Source: Candidatus Obscuribacterales bacterium (GTDB lineage: Bacteria; Cyanobacteriota; Vampirovibrionia; Obscuribacterales; Obscuribacteraceae). From it: 64,000 bases of DNA. The notes under the pieces are model-generated. The model had not been told where the DNA came from. It worked only from the letters and a program-made list of their open reading frames with translations, and ran no database searches. Shown here one piece after another: positions 9,987 to 20,661 of the stretch (positions are counted from its first letter, which is position 1; every line of letters starts with the position of its first letter). A program made the translations under genes and the position numbers. The DNA is taken from assembly GCA_965228855.1 (NCBI GenBank), contig CBDDIJ010000002.1, positions 1,088,001-1,152,000 of the forward strand, in the 5' to 3' direction.

Positions 9987-10117
9987 ATGAACTCCATTTG
10001 CCCGAATTGGTTCCGCCGAGCATTTTAATTTTAGCCGACTAAACCGTAGACCGCACCGGCGACTGAGCGTGACTGTTAAGACAGTATTGGACGGTCGCCA
10101 AGTAGTTGCGTCAATCC

Positions 10118-11737
10118 CTAATAACTTCCGGAAAACAAAAGAGTTCTAACTTTTTCCGCTTCGGTCTGCTGATTGTTCAATTCGTAAGAAGCCTGAAGGA
10201 GATCAAGAATTAGCTGTCGATTCGCAACGGGCGTTTGGCTGTTCATTCGCAGTTTTGCGAGTTCCAATAATGTAATGGCTTTCGCGATCTCGTTCTTCTT
10301 CAACGCTGCGCGCCCACCTTTCAGAGCCGTTCTGCATGAGCTCTGACGAATTTGTTCATCTTCCGGTCTAAATTTAAGTGCCTTCTCGAAGATTGAATTA
10401 GATTGCTCCCAAACGTTCATTCTCTCAAGATCTCGGGCGGTTGACAAATCTCTGTCAAAGTCAATTCCGCGAGTTCGGATATCGACCTCGTCCTTCTTTA
10501 TCCGAGCGTCTGAACTGGCAACGCTTTTCTGAGCCGCCGCCACTTTGGTCGCGTGTAATTCTCTCTTCTTCGTATCGTCGATGATTGCGTTCATCGCATT
10601 TATATCCGGCGCGGTGAGTTTCTCTAGCAGAGGTACTTGAAGCTGGAAGTACATGATGGTGTTTGGGTCAGGTAGGTGATCGGCGCCCAGGGCGTGCCCG
10701 ATTTCGTGAAGCGCCACGTTCTTCAGGTATTGTTGTCGAAAGGCAGGTTGGCTCGAACTTCGGTAAGTAAGTATGCGAATTTTGGCATGTTTCCTGGAGA
10801 GAGACCCATCCCATGTGCTCTGACACGTCCCAATTGCGTCTTTGCTTTTGGCGCCTAGTTTGTCCGGATGGTCCACCCATTCGCAGTCAATAGACGCTTC
10901 ACTTGCAGTTGGCACAAAGGCGAATTTTATACGATTACCCATTGTGCTCTGCCACATTTGAAACGACGCTACCAGGGCGCTTCTGTCGCCTTTAGCATAT
11001 CCGGGAATCTTCAAGCAACTGCTCTCGGTTGGTATAAAGACTTTCAGTGGAAACTTGGCTGTACCCCATCTAGCCTCCTTTTCGAACACTTCATCTTTAG
11101 CTTCGGACAGTGCTTGTTCGAGCGTTTTCTGATTCGCTGATCGAATGACTTTCTCTCTGGCGATTCTTTCTAGTGCTTGTTGAATTTCTTCGGCGGTCAT
11201 ATCCTCTCTAGGAGGCAATGTCGGCGGAGGGTGTACGAGTTTGTCGAGGCTGTAAATTCGCTGTTTGATTTGGATAATCGCGTGATGAGCCGGATAGGTT
11301 TTCTCTATGGAGCGAAGGGATTCCAATGCGCTTTCCTTGCGACTGAAGCGGATCTTCAGTAAGGCTTGCAGCAAAACAACATCGTCGCGCGGAGGCGTTG
11401 CCGAGCCTTTTGTCGCTCGTTTCGCGAGACCGTTCGAAAGAAACTCTAAACTTTCCGCGCTCGCTAGAAGTGGGTCACTGGAAGCGTTTCGCATTGCATA
11501 CATCAACCATTGATCGACCTCGTCCAGCCTGTTTCTCTTTATGCATTCGAGTGTCTTTCTCAAGACCTGCCATGTCACTTCTGGGTTCTTCTCAGCGGTG
11601 GTCTCTTCCATGAAGACCCGTCCATCAGGGTTCTCAATTACATTTCGTGCACAGGCCGCCGCTGAACTGCATGCGATAAACGCCACCGCTAGTAGTGTCG
11701 CGGAGGCTGTTGTTGAAGCGCGAAGGGACCCGTCCAT
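10118..11737 (-). CDS. Matrixin-family (M10-like) zinc metalloprotease with TPR-like flanks
   Basis: HEIGHALGADH metzincin motif with Met-turn IMY; N-terminal signal-like helix. Confidence 0.85.
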   Translation of the reverse strand: MDGSLRASTTASATLLAVAFIACSSAAACARNVIENPDGRVFMEETTAEKNPEVTWQVLRKTLECIKRNRLDEVDQWLMYAMRNASSDPLLASAESLEFLSNGLAKRATKGSATPPRDDVVLLQALLKIRFSRKESALESLRSIEKTYPAHHAIIQIKQRIYSLDKLVHPPPTLPPREDMTAEEIQQALERIAREKVIRSANQKTLEQALSEAKDEVFEKEARWGTAKFPLKVFIPTESSCLKIPGYAKGDRSALVASFQMWQSTMGNRIKFAFVPTASEASIDCEWVDHPDKLGAKSKDAIGTCQSTWDGSLSRKHAKIRILTYRSSSQPAFRQQYLKNVALHEIGHALGADHLPDPNTIMYFQLQVPLLEKLTAPDINAMNAIIDDTKKRELHATKVAAAQKSVASSDARIKKDEVDIRTRGIDFDRDLSTARDLERMNVWEQSNSIFEKALKFRPEDEQIRQSSCRTALKGGRAALKKNEIAKAITLLELAKLRMNSQTPVANRQLILDLLQASYELNNQQTEAEKVRTLLFSGSY

Positions 11738-11740
11738 TGT

Positions 11741-12886
11741 TCAATCCTGGTTTGGCTGCGGTTCCGTGCCTGTGTTTTGCGCATCTGACTGATCGTAGGG
11801 AATCGAATCAACGTTGATTTGCTCCGGCGCTTCTACACCAGGCACCGCCCCTGGAACGCTTTGAATGACCGAAGCTGCACCATTGGGTTGCGAAACCGTC
11901 GAGCCGGCCGCGTAGCCGTTCATATTCGCATCGTCTGCCCGCTGTCCTTCTGTCGGCGCCGAGCTTGGAGCTGTGGGCGTGGCGGCGTACGCCGGCTGAC
12001 CCTTGATGGACGCTATCAAATTGTCGAGAATCGCTTTGGTCGAGTCGAACATGTCTTTTGGAAGATCGACCGTCACGGTCTTTGTCATCCCCATTTTGCC
12101 TGCTGTGACCTCGGCTACCGGCTTTTCTCCTACCTTCACGAGCGACTCGAGAAGATTGACCCAGAGAGTCTTTGCGAGAACTTGCAGACCGGTGATTTTT
12201 GAAACCTGATAGTCGCCGTTGGGACGGTTTAAAAATTCGAAGCTGACCTTTTTGTTGAAACTTATCTTGGGCACGTCTTTTGAACCAACGTCTTTGACGT
12301 ACTTTTGTTCCAAACTCACCTCAACGACGTCCTTATCCGGGAGCATGAAAACAGCAATTTTATTGACGCATGCCTGCTTCATCTGCTTGGTGACTGATTC
12401 TCCGAAGGACAGCGGATCAATTGTTTTGTAATGTTTTCCCAGTTCGTCGAACGCGTGTGCAAGTTCGTCATCATTTATCGCGAGGCGCGCGTAAGCCGCC
12501 TTCGCCTCCTGCAGCTGGGCATCAGCCTTTTCGTAATCGCCTTTCTGGCAGTAGCATTGCCCGAGCTTTTTGTTTGCAATTGCCGTCATGCGATCTTTTG
12601 CGTTTTGATCGGCATCCACACGCGAAATCTGAGTCAGCGCCCGCTTGAACATGCTGATGGCTGGCGTCTCTTTGCCGTCGGTCAACATTGTTGTCCCGTC
12701 GCCGATCATCTTGCTCCACTTCGCGTCGGTAGATTGAAGGAACGCCTGCTCATCTTGCGAAATCCCTAACGGTGCCGATATTGGCGCGGTAGGTTCTGTT
12801 TGCGAATCCGCGAATGCGGCTTGATTGAAAGTGAAAAGGGCTAGGGACAAAGATGCGGCTAGGAGGAACTCACGGCGTTTTTTCAT
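11741..12886 (-). CDS. Secreted protein with an N-terminal TPR
   Basis: Signal peptide ending AFA; LGQCYCQKGDYEKADAQL; stop 3 nt before the matrixin start. Confidence 0.7.
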   Translation of the reverse strand: MKKRREFLLAASLSLALFTFNQAAFADSQTEPTAPISAPLGISQDEQAFLQSTDAKWSKMIGDGTTMLTDGKETPAISMFKRALTQISRVDADQNAKDRMTAIANKKLGQCYCQKGDYEKADAQLQEAKAAYARLAINDDELAHAFDELGKHYKTIDPLSFGESVTKQMKQACVNKIAVFMLPDKDVVEVSLEQKYVKDVGSKDVPKISFNKKVSFEFLNRPNGDYQVSKITGLQVLAKTLWVNLLESLVKVGEKPVAEVTAGKMGMTKTVTVDLPKDMFDSTKAILDNLIASIKGQPAYAATPTAPSSAPTEGQRADDANMNGYAAGSTVSQPNGAASVIQSVPGAVPGVEAPEQINVDSIPYDQSDAQNTGTEPQPNQD

Positions 12887-13129
12887 ATAATATCCATCCG
12901 AAAACTCACAGATACTCTACCCGGATTTTCAAGGTATTCCGAAGGTTTCAACTACCGCGAGATTAATTCCCTGGGAGCGTCGGCTGGGCATGGTTCTCAG
13001 TCCGATTACGCGGGTGTTTTGATCTTATAAATATCGAAAGCGCTCGTTTGGTGAGAGATCTTTTGGACTGAAATCATGACGCCAGTCATTCAGGTCTATC
13101 TAAAGCAGGCTACCGAGTGGTAACTTTGG

Positions 13130-13330
13130 GCACACATCATCTCTTTTATTTCTAGGGACGAAACACCACCAGCGCTTCAACCAAACGCTCAGATAGTTTT
13201 TTGCTGCAATTTTTGCGGTGAAAACAGCAACGCCTGTCGCCAGCCAATAGCTGAAGACCGAGATGATGTGCTTTTCGGCGCTCGGCGCCCAGGTGTTCCG
13301 CTAGTGTCGTTCGAGAAGACGTATTCGCGA
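13130..13330 (+). promoter_or_regulatory. Candidate conserved structured leader motif, copy B
   Basis: GCAATTTT 13206, GAAGACC 13253, hairpin GGCGC/GCGCC, GCTAG 13300, GAAGACG 13315. Confidence 0.5.
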
Positions 13331-13499
13331 GTGCCACTGAAGGCGGTGCCGTGTCGAAGTGGGTGTGGTGATTGCTTCGTGAAAAACCGTCGAGGCGATG
13401 ATGATTTGGCGGTGCTTGCGCGGGCGGTGTAGCCCGTTGCGAAGTGCCGCTTGCAGCATTACGCGTCAGCGTATTAACTCCTTTTCGAAAGGGAAAGCC

Positions 13500-14630
13500 A
13501 TGAAGAGAGCGCAAATTCTCTTGATTCTTGCAGTTTGCTTCGGCGTCTCAAATGCCGAGGCGAAGGGACCGGGCGGCCAGCATGGAGGCGGCCAGGTTCA
13601 CCATGGAGGTGGGAACGGACCTCGTGTGCAGCCGCATGTTCCGCGCGTGCAGCCGAACATCCCGCGGACGCAGCCGCATGTTCCGCGCGTGCAGCCGAAC
13701 ATCCCGCGGACGCAGCCGCATGTTCCGCGCGTGCAGCCGAACATCCCGCGTGTGCAGCCGCATGTTCCGCGCGTGCAGCCGAACATCCCGCGGACGCAGC
13801 CGCATGTTCCGCGCGTGCAGCCGAATATTCCGCGCACGCAACCGCATGTTCCCCGCGTGCAGCCGAATATTCCGCGCACGCAACCGCATGTTCCCCGCGT
13901 GCAGCCGAACATCCCGCGCACGCAGCCGCATGTTCCGCACGTGCAGCCGAACATTCCGCGCCCGCAGCCGCAGGTTCCGCACGTGCAGCCGAACATCCCG
14001 CGCCAGCAGCCGAATGTTCCGCGCGTGCAGCCGAACATCCCGCGCCAGCAGCCGCATGTTCCGCACGTGCAGCCGAATCTGCCGAATCGCCTTCCGCACA
14101 ATTTGCCTCCAGTCCACGTGGGGCGCCCGAATCAGATTCCGCAAAATGTGCGTCCGTATCCGGTTCGCTGCGTGCCTGATCGGCAGCCGGTGCATTACCG
14201 AAACTATCGCCCGCCCGTCGTGCAGAACAATTTCTGTGCGCCTGTCTACGGTCGATACACCGGTCGGTACAATTCGCCGGTGAGAAACAGTTTGTTTAAC
14301 ACCGGGTTCTGGTTTGGCGGAACGTGTTATTCCGCAAACCCGTACTTTTCGTACGGCAACTACTGTCCGACCAGCTGGTTTTACTTCGGTAACAACTGCT
14401 GGTTTCGACCGGGTAGTGGTTACTCTTATTCGCCTCCAATCGGCTTCAACGACACCATCACGGTCGTCGTCGAAGAGCAGTACACCGAGATGGAGCTAGA
14501 CCCGTTTCTCGGCATTGAAGTGCCGGTGACCAAGACAGTCACCTGGTATTACAACGCCTACTACGACGCAGGAACGGGTTGGTACGGGTACACCGACTGT
14601 CATGGTCAATTCCATTGGCTTCAGTGGTAG
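13500..14630 (+). CDS. Secreted Pro/Gln/Arg heptad-repeat protein with an aromatic C-terminal domain
   Basis: Purine-rich RBS before ATG 13500; signal peptide ending AEA; PRVQPNI/PRTQPHV repeats; Tyr/Trp/Cys-rich C-terminus. Confidence 0.8.
   Translation: MKRAQILLILAVCFGVSNAEAKGPGGQHGGGQVHHGGGNGPRVQPHVPRVQPNIPRTQPHVPRVQPNIPRTQPHVPRVQPNIPRVQPHVPRVQPNIPRTQPHVPRVQPNIPRTQPHVPRVQPNIPRTQPHVPRVQPNIPRTQPHVPHVQPNIPRPQPQVPHVQPNIPRQQPNVPRVQPNIPRQQPHVPHVQPNLPNRLPHNLPPVHVGRPNQIPQNVRPYPVRCVPDRQPVHYRNYRPPVVQNNFCAPVYGRYTGRYNSPVRNSLFNTGFWFGGTCYSANPYFSYGNYCPTSWFYFGNNCWFRPGSGYSYSPPIGFNDTITVVVEEQYTEMELDPFLGIEVPVTKTVTWYYNAYYDAGTGWYGYTDCHGQFHWLQW
13620..14081 (+). repeat. Coding tandem repeat, 21-bp unit (42-bp higher-order unit), about 22 units
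   Basis: CCGCGCGTGCAGCCGAACATC alternating with CCGCGGACGCAGCCGCATGTT. Confidence 0.95.
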
Positions 14631-14697
14631 TGGCGCTTGTGGTGTCACTTCGCTGCGCGGAGACGTTTCTACGCGTTTGAGGTGACTGGAAAACAGC

Positions 14698-14741
14698 GCA
14701 TCCCGAGCGGTTCTTCATTGAGCCGCTCGGGATGCCTTTTG
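14698..14741 (+). terminator. Rho-independent terminator
   Basis: GCATCCCGAGCGG/CCGCTCGGGATGC stem followed by CTTTT and a pyrimidine tract. Confidence 0.75.
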
Positions 14742-15130
14742 CCTTCTTCACTTTCTTACCTTTTTGCACCATTTTCTGTTAAAGCAGTCCTGATCTGATG
14801 GTCAGGGTTTAAACATATGCTGCCGCACCATTTAATCACGCAGCCGGAGGGCGTCTAATCCCAGGGCTGATTTATCGCGGCAGATTGGGTCGCTCAATCC
14901 GCGCTACGGCAATCCGATATTGGATCAAAGAAACCGACACGAAAGTATGCTTCCTATAAATGCAGGATTAGCTTCAGTGATCACTTCCTGCTCAGGCTGC
15001 GGGAACATGAATGGAAGTGTTTCGGTCATAAGTCAAGTCAAGTGTGCAGGCTTTACTTAGAGGCGAGCCGTTTGCTACTTTAGTACGATAAGCAGTAATG
15101 GCATTGGTATCAATTCGTATCGGGGGAAAC

Positions 15131-16105
15131 ATGAAGAGAACTCGCTTTCTTTGCTGGACTTTATCTCTTGTCGCCAGTATGGCCTTTTGCGCGCAGCCTG
15201 GCGATGCCGCCGCCACCAAAGCTGAAAAAACTGAGCAATGGGGCTCGGAAACGATCGCGGTGCGCGCGAATCTAGCCGCTCAAGCCCTGAAGGATAAGAA
15301 GTACCAGAGCGCGATTTCACACTTCCGTGCTTTGATCGGCTTGGACCGAAACAACGAAGATTTTTATCTTGGATTGTACGTCGCTAGTGATAAAGGCGAT
15401 CAACCTGGACAAGCCGTAATGGCTCTGGAGGAGCTTTTCGATAAGAAGCCCGAACTGAAGGCAACTTATGCAAAAGAGTTTGTGGATGCGTTGAAAAAAG
15501 CCAACCGTGAGGCGCCTGAAGTTAAGGCTGCGGAAAAGCTCGTAAAAAGCGACTCGCCGGACAACCTCGCCGAGAAGAAGGTTGATGAGTTAGTCGAAAA
15601 AAGTTTGTACGAAGAGATTTATGTCGAGCCCAAGAAGTTAGAGCCGGTTAAACGCGTTGAGCTCGATGCCGACGAGGTTCACCTCGAGAAAACGCGCAAA
15701 GCGCTTACATACGAAACGGCATTTGCTCAGTCGGAGAATATCGTAGTCGCTGAGTTCATCGGATACGACAAGAATAAGCCGATTACCTACTACACCCCAC
15801 CGAAGGCTCATTACAAAATCACTGAGTATCTCAAGGGCGCTCCATTCAACAAAGCACTTCCGATCAAGTATGAGTTCCACGATAAGATTGTCGGCGAAGA
15901 AAAGCCCGCAGACTGGAAGTTTGATGAGGTCGCGCTGATGCCCAAGAAAGGGTCAAAGTGGATTATGTTCATTCCGACAGCCGTTCCGCTGGATGGAATG
16001 CTGGAAACCTTCCATGGCAAATATGGACGTCAGGAGTTTAACGAAGCGAACTACGACGAGATTCAGCGAATAATTCAGGAGCACCGGGGCGCTACCAAGT
16101 TCTAA
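15131..16105 (+). CDS. Secreted hypothetical protein with an N-terminal TPR-like region
   Basis: GGGGG RBS; signal peptide; KKYQSAISHFRALIGLD. Confidence 0.7.
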   Translation: MKRTRFLCWTLSLVASMAFCAQPGDAAATKAEKTEQWGSETIAVRANLAAQALKDKKYQSAISHFRALIGLDRNNEDFYLGLYVASDKGDQPGQAVMALEELFDKKPELKATYAKEFVDALKKANREAPEVKAAEKLVKSDSPDNLAEKKVDELVEKSLYEEIYVEPKKLEPVKRVELDADEVHLEKTRKALTYETAFAQSENIVVAEFIGYDKNKPITYYTPPKAHYKITEYLKGAPFNKALPIKYEFHDKIVGEEKPADWKFDEVALMPKKGSKWIMFIPTAVPLDGMLETFHGKYGRQEFNEANYDEIQRIIQEHRGATKF

Positions 16106-16147
16106 TCGCGTTACGGCCTTCTTTGTTATCCTTGCGCTGCTCGTACC

Positions 16148-16858
16148 TTAGCGAGCCGTTGCATCGTCGAGTTTACTTGCACCATCGCGGTAGTTCGCTT
16201 CGTCGCGTACATTCTCTCCGTCGCTTGCTGCTGCGTCGCGTACTTCTAACTTCTCGGTGCTTGTCTTGATGACGCGCTTGAGTTCAGGTTGAAAGATTTC
16301 CGCTGACAGGCTTAGCATTCCCGCCTGGCGAGGCGTAACTTCACAAGAAAACGATGCCGTGCCGTCCTGACGGTAATCTCTCGATTTCTCATTAAACTCG
16401 AGTTGCGATCCCTGCCATCTGAGATCTAGACCAGGAGCCAGGTTTTTCACTGCAGCGATCACTTGCATCGGTTTCCCAAAATCGACCTGTCCTTCAGGCT
16501 TGACCAGTTTTATAACCGGCTCTTGTACGGAAATTGGAATTGTCCGCTCGGCAACGACTCGATCGTTGCTTTTGTTGAGAATTTGAATTCGCACGGAGAA
16601 TTCGCCCGGTGGTGATGAGTCGGGAGCGATGTATGTGCAGCTATTCAATTCATCCGGATCGCCGACGATTGCGCCTTTTGAGCGCCACTCGACACCTGGG
16701 CGCAATGAGCCGAACGCATTACCTCTCGAAATAACAGATCCATCATTTTTGATCAGATTCCAAACCGTTTTATAGTGTTTCGCACCTTTAACTTCGATGA
16801 ATAGTCGAGTTTCGGAAGCCGCGAAGATTGGCTTTTCATCAGTGAAGTGAACGGACAC
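16148..16858 (-). CDS. Hypothetical beta-rich (Ig-like) protein, possibly the frameshifted 3' half of the upstream TPR gene
   Basis: 236-aa ORF with GTG start, no clear RBS, overlapping the upstream ORF by 106 nt. Confidence 0.5.
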   Translation of the reverse strand: MSVHFTDEKPIFAASETRLFIEVKGAKHYKTVWNLIKNDGSVISRGNAFGSLRPGVEWRSKGAIVGDPDELNSCTYIAPDSSPPGEFSVRIQILNKSNDRVVAERTIPISVQEPVIKLVKPEGQVDFGKPMQVIAAVKNLAPGLDLRWQGSQLEFNEKSRDYRQDGTASFSCEVTPRQAGMLSLSAEIFQPELKRVIKTSTEKLEVRDAAASDGENVRDEANYRDGASKLDDATAR

Positions 16859-17817
16859 CGGTCCGCTGAATCGGTTTCCTCAAACAGAGGCGCTAATTTT
16901 GCGAATGATTGTTTGCGGCAGAATTCCAGGTTCTCAAAATCTTTACTGAATGCGAAGGCGACCTTTTCATCAGGATTGTCGTACAGGTCCGCCTGCTCGA
17001 ATTGTTTTTGTTTGACTAAAATCTCTTTGATTCGTGACTTGATTTCGTTCGATGCCGGGATTGGTTGTGATGCGGCTGCGTTCCATCCAACCCGCATGAG
17101 AAGCAGATTGTAGTAACGGAGTGCAGACTCATAATCTCCCTGATCGTAAAAGGTATTCGCTAAGATGTTGAGATAAACTGGTTCTTCGCTTCGCGCAAGA
17201 GGCTCTTGGGCAACGCCTTCTCGCATTTTTTTCCCCAGTTGAATCAGGGCAGAGTGGAGATTGTATTCTTTGAACAAGGTGAGAGTGTCGGTGGCGGCAG
17301 CATGTGTCAATGACGATGAAAACGACATGTATTGCGGCTGTGTATCGATCAAGTTTTGCAAGCAGTCATTCAATATTTGAGTTGATGCGTGGAGTGCGTT
17401 AGTTTCTGCACCTAAGTGCATGATCGCTTTTCTGCACTCGGGGGCTGACTTTCCGTCGGCTTGATGTTGAGTAAGAAGGAGAGCTTCTCGATAAAAATGG
17501 AGCGCTCTGGGCGTGTCTCCAGTCGCATCGTAGGCTCGCGCAAGTCCAAGAGTGACCTCTATAGTCGTGGAGCGAGGTAGACGAGCCATTTTTGTTAATC
17601 CGATCGCCGCTCGAAAGCTCTTTATCGCGGCGTCCGGCTCTTGTGGGAGGTGTTTTTTGCCTTCCGCCGCCAGCGCCTGGAACCGGTCATGAGTCGTCCA
17701 ACCTGTTGCCGGTTGCGAGATCGCAGTTGTAATCACAAAAGCAAGCAGCAGTGTGCACGAGCGTTTTCGCGCTAGTTGGTTGTATTGGTTGCTTTTGCAG
17801 CTTGCTCTGTTACCCAT
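16753..17817 (-). CDS. Secreted TPR protein
   Basis: Hydrophobic signal; LARAYDATGDTPRALHFYREAL and LANTFYDQGDYESALRYY. Confidence 0.65.
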   Translation of the reverse strand: MGNRASCKSNQYNQLARKRSCTLLLAFVITTAISQPATGWTTHDRFQALAAEGKKHLPQEPDAAIKSFRAAIGLTKMARLPRSTTIEVTLGLARAYDATGDTPRALHFYREALLLTQHQADGKSAPECRKAIMHLGAETNALHASTQILNDCLQNLIDTQPQYMSFSSSLTHAAATDTLTLFKEYNLHSALIQLGKKMREGVAQEPLARSEEPVYLNILANTFYDQGDYESALRYYNLLLMRVGWNAAASQPIPASNEIKSRIKEILVKQKQFEQADLYDNPDEKVAFAFSKDFENLEFCRKQSFAKLAPLFEETDSADRCPFTSLMKSQSSRLPKLDYSSKLKVRNTIKRFGI

Positions 17818-20525
17818 GTTTGGATAGCTTGCTCATTTTTCTGTCGGTAGATGACGCGACGGTGAACCTCTTCAAGCATTCTAGCAACTGCGGCTTTTGC
17901 ATAGGGAAGTTCGTGCGCCGCAAAAAACGACTTGAGGTCTTCTTCCTCTTCAGGCTTGTCGAAAGCTGCGCAGGCGTATGCCAGGTTTGCCATGCTTCTA
18001 GGCGGAAACTTCTTTGTAATTTCAGTCCAGTGCTCTTTTACGAATGTCCAGGTTCTATGTTTTGTTCTGTGACCATCCAGCATTCCTGCAAGAACGCGAA
18101 ATCCATCTTGACTTCGGATGGCGTCGCTTAGCACCATATTTAGTGTCCGGTCTACGAGTTCCGGTTGAGCAAAGTGTGTTAATGAAGATAGAAAGCGCTT
18201 CTCAAGCTCCGGTATCTTTTCGGTTTTGAGCGCCGCAATGATCTCTTCGTATTCCTTCTCTCCACCGTTGTAGGTGGTGACCGTCAAGACAGCCGATGCT
18301 ACATCCGGTGAAACTGACTGCCTGTCTACCATATATTGTTTGTAGAGTTCGCGCGCTTCGGCTATGCTTTCTGCGTCCTGTCCGAAAGTGCCGAGCAGAT
18401 TTATAACTGAGCGTCGCAAATCCTTGATGCTGTCTTCTTCACCGGGAGTTTCTTTCCACCCGAGTTTGTCTTTTACGGGTCCGACGACCGAGCTCATCAG
18501 TTTTTCATAATCGTTGTGGTGTGCGGAATCCAGGTAGACATAAGGATGCCAGCAGAAGTCCATTATTTTCTCCTGGACTATCGGATTCTTTTCGTCTGTT
18601 AATTTGAAGAGAACCGAGAGTTTGTCTTGGACTGGAAGGTTGCCTTTCCAGGTCAGTGCGCTCATATCGCTGAGGAATGCGAGACGTTCCTCAGGTGACA
18701 AATAGTCGAAGTGCTTGAGAATTTCTTGTTGGGTTTCGGTCGGATATTGGGTTCTATAGAAGCCGCGCCCGCCAGCGTTTACAAGTGCCCTGGACCAATC
18801 TTTCGGGAGCGTTATGGGTTCGATTTTGCCGACCATTAGTTTGGTAAGAGTCTTACCGTTTTCTTTAAACGGTTTCAATTCCCGAACTACCAGTGGGACT
18901 TGCCATAGCGAATTGTCGGCTTCAACGCCAGGCATTCCAAAGAATCTTTTCTGTGTTAGATTTAGAGGGCTGCCACCGCCAGTGGTGTTTAATATCGGGA
19001 AGCCTGGTTGGAAAACCCATGACTTCATGAGTCCGGAAACCGGCAAAGAACTGGCTTTTCCGATCGATTCCCAGAGGTCTTCGCTGGTGGCATTGCCAAA
19101 CACATGCGCGCTCAGGTAATCGTGAATTCCTTGTTGAAACTTTTTCTCTCCGACGTAGCTTTCCAGCATCCACAGAATGGATTCGCCTTTGTCGTACGTG
19201 ATGGAGTCGAACATTTCCGCTGCTTGTTTTGGGTCGGAAACATCAGAATGAATCGCACGCGTTGCTTGAAGTTCGTCAACTAGCATGCTGCCATTGCGCG
19301 TCAGAATTGCTTTTGTAAGTTCCTGCCATTCCGGGTGAATGGCGTCGACCGTCTTTGTCCCCATCCATGATGCGAAGGCTTCATTTAGCCAGATGTCGTT
19401 CCACCAGCGCATCGTGACGAGGTCTCCGAACCACTGGTGCGCGATTTCGTGGGCGACGATCGCGAATACGGTTCTCTTCGCTGAATTGCTGCCGGTCTTC
19501 TCATCGACGAGCAGGTTTGCTTCACGAAATGTGATGGCGCCAAGGTTTTCCATTGCCCCTGATCTGAAGTCGGGGATTGCTATCAAATCCAATTTGTTGT
19601 GTGGATATGGAATGCCGAAATACTCGTGCTGGTATTTCAAAATGTCGCAGGCCGCATCGAGCGCGTATTTACCGAGATGCTCTTTGCCAGCCAGCGCCCA
19701 GACGGTCACAGGAATTCCGTCGACCTCTTTTGTTTCGCCCGGCTTGAAATTGCCTATGATCAGTGCCACCAGATATGATGACATCTTCGGCGATGGCTCG
19801 AACGTTATTGTTTCGCGAAGCTCGCCGGGAGCTGCCAGAGCGTCGGCATAACCTTTTACCGGCTTCGATGCCTTCCCGTTCGAAAGTGCGATGGAACCCT
19901 CATTTACGTGTGCTGTTATCTTGAATTTTGCCTTCATCTCAGGCTCGTCGAAGCATGGAAACATGCGTCTCGCGTCCGTTGGTTCCATCTGCGTAGTTGC
20001 CAACCACTTCTTTTCGCCCTTGTCGTCAAGATAATGAGAGCGGTAAAACCCTCGTAGCTTGTCGTTTAGCTCGCCTGTGAATTCGAGGTGGAGCCGGTAT
20101 AAGCTGTTTTTCTCAAGTGGGGTTTTAAAGGCTACGCGAACCTGTTCGTGTTCCGCATCCACGGTTACAGTGCCGTTCTCCGCTTCGACTTTGGCGGGAA
20201 GGCGCGGCGATTCGCCAACGGTTTTTATTCGTGTAAGTTTCGCGTCAGTAATCTTGAGGTCGATCGCGTTGAGGACGATGGTGTCGGTTTTTTCTTTAAT
20301 TGAAACATCAATGGCGGCTGTTCCAAGGAACGTGAAATCGCGCAAATTTGGCGTGAATTCGAGGTCGTAGAGTTCAGGGAGGACGTCTGTTGGAAGTCGG
20401 TATTTGGAAGACGCGCTTTTGGTGGCGGATTGCGCGGGCTTGCCTTCCGCGGGACTCGCCGCCGGCATTGCGAAGAAGCTGATTGCCAGGCAGCTTGCGA
20501 TGGCGACAACCGACTTGGGTTTCAT
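17772..20525 (-). CDS. pepN: M1-family aminopeptidase (puromycin-sensitive/ERAP1-C type) with signal peptide
   Basis: GAMEN, HEIAH...NEAFA zinc motif, DARRMFPCFDEP, YDKG. Confidence 0.93.
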   Translation of the reverse strand: MKPKSVVAIASCLAISFFAMPAASPAEGKPAQSATKSASSKYRLPTDVLPELYDLEFTPNLRDFTFLGTAAIDVSIKEKTDTIVLNAIDLKITDAKLTRIKTVGESPRLPAKVEAENGTVTVDAEHEQVRVAFKTPLEKNSLYRLHLEFTGELNDKLRGFYRSHYLDDKGEKKWLATTQMEPTDARRMFPCFDEPEMKAKFKITAHVNEGSIALSNGKASKPVKGYADALAAPGELRETITFEPSPKMSSYLVALIIGNFKPGETKEVDGIPVTVWALAGKEHLGKYALDAACDILKYQHEYFGIPYPHNKLDLIAIPDFRSGAMENLGAITFREANLLVDEKTGSNSAKRTVFAIVAHEIAHQWFGDLVTMRWWNDIWLNEAFASWMGTKTVDAIHPEWQELTKAILTRNGSMLVDELQATRAIHSDVSDPKQAAEMFDSITYDKGESILWMLESYVGEKKFQQGIHDYLSAHVFGNATSEDLWESIGKASSLPVSGLMKSWVFQPGFPILNTTGGGSPLNLTQKRFFGMPGVEADNSLWQVPLVVRELKPFKENGKTLTKLMVGKIEPITLPKDWSRALVNAGGRGFYRTQYPTETQQEILKHFDYLSPEERLAFLSDMSALTWKGNLPVQDKLSVLFKLTDEKNPIVQEKIMDFCWHPYVYLDSAHHNDYEKLMSSVVGPVKDKLGWKETPGEEDSIKDLRRSVINLLGTFGQDAESIAEARELYKQYMVDRQSVSPDVASAVLTVTTYNGGEKEYEEIIAALKTEKIPELEKRFLSSLTHFAQPELVDRTLNMVLSDAIRSQDGFRVLAGMLDGHRTKHRTWTFVKEHWTEITKKFPPRSMANLAYACAAFDKPEEEEDLKSFFAAHELPYAKAAVARMLEEVHRRVIYRQKNEQAIQTWVTEQAAKATNTTN

Positions 20526-20661
20526 CTCAATCTCCTCTTGTGAAACGGTTTCTCAATTTACCAGGTTTGAGTAGAATCGTTATGGTAAATTTTGTGTATT
20601 GCAGTTGGCAAATGTCTCGGCAAGTCGCAAATCTGTTTTTACTACTTCGGGCACGAATTTC

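Noticed and set aside
13620..14081. 21/42-bp repeats as CRISPR, or the alternative-frame ORFs as genes
   Set aside because: No unique spacers; the in-frame repeat sits in an ORF with RBS and signal peptide, and other frames are open only because the repeat lacks stops
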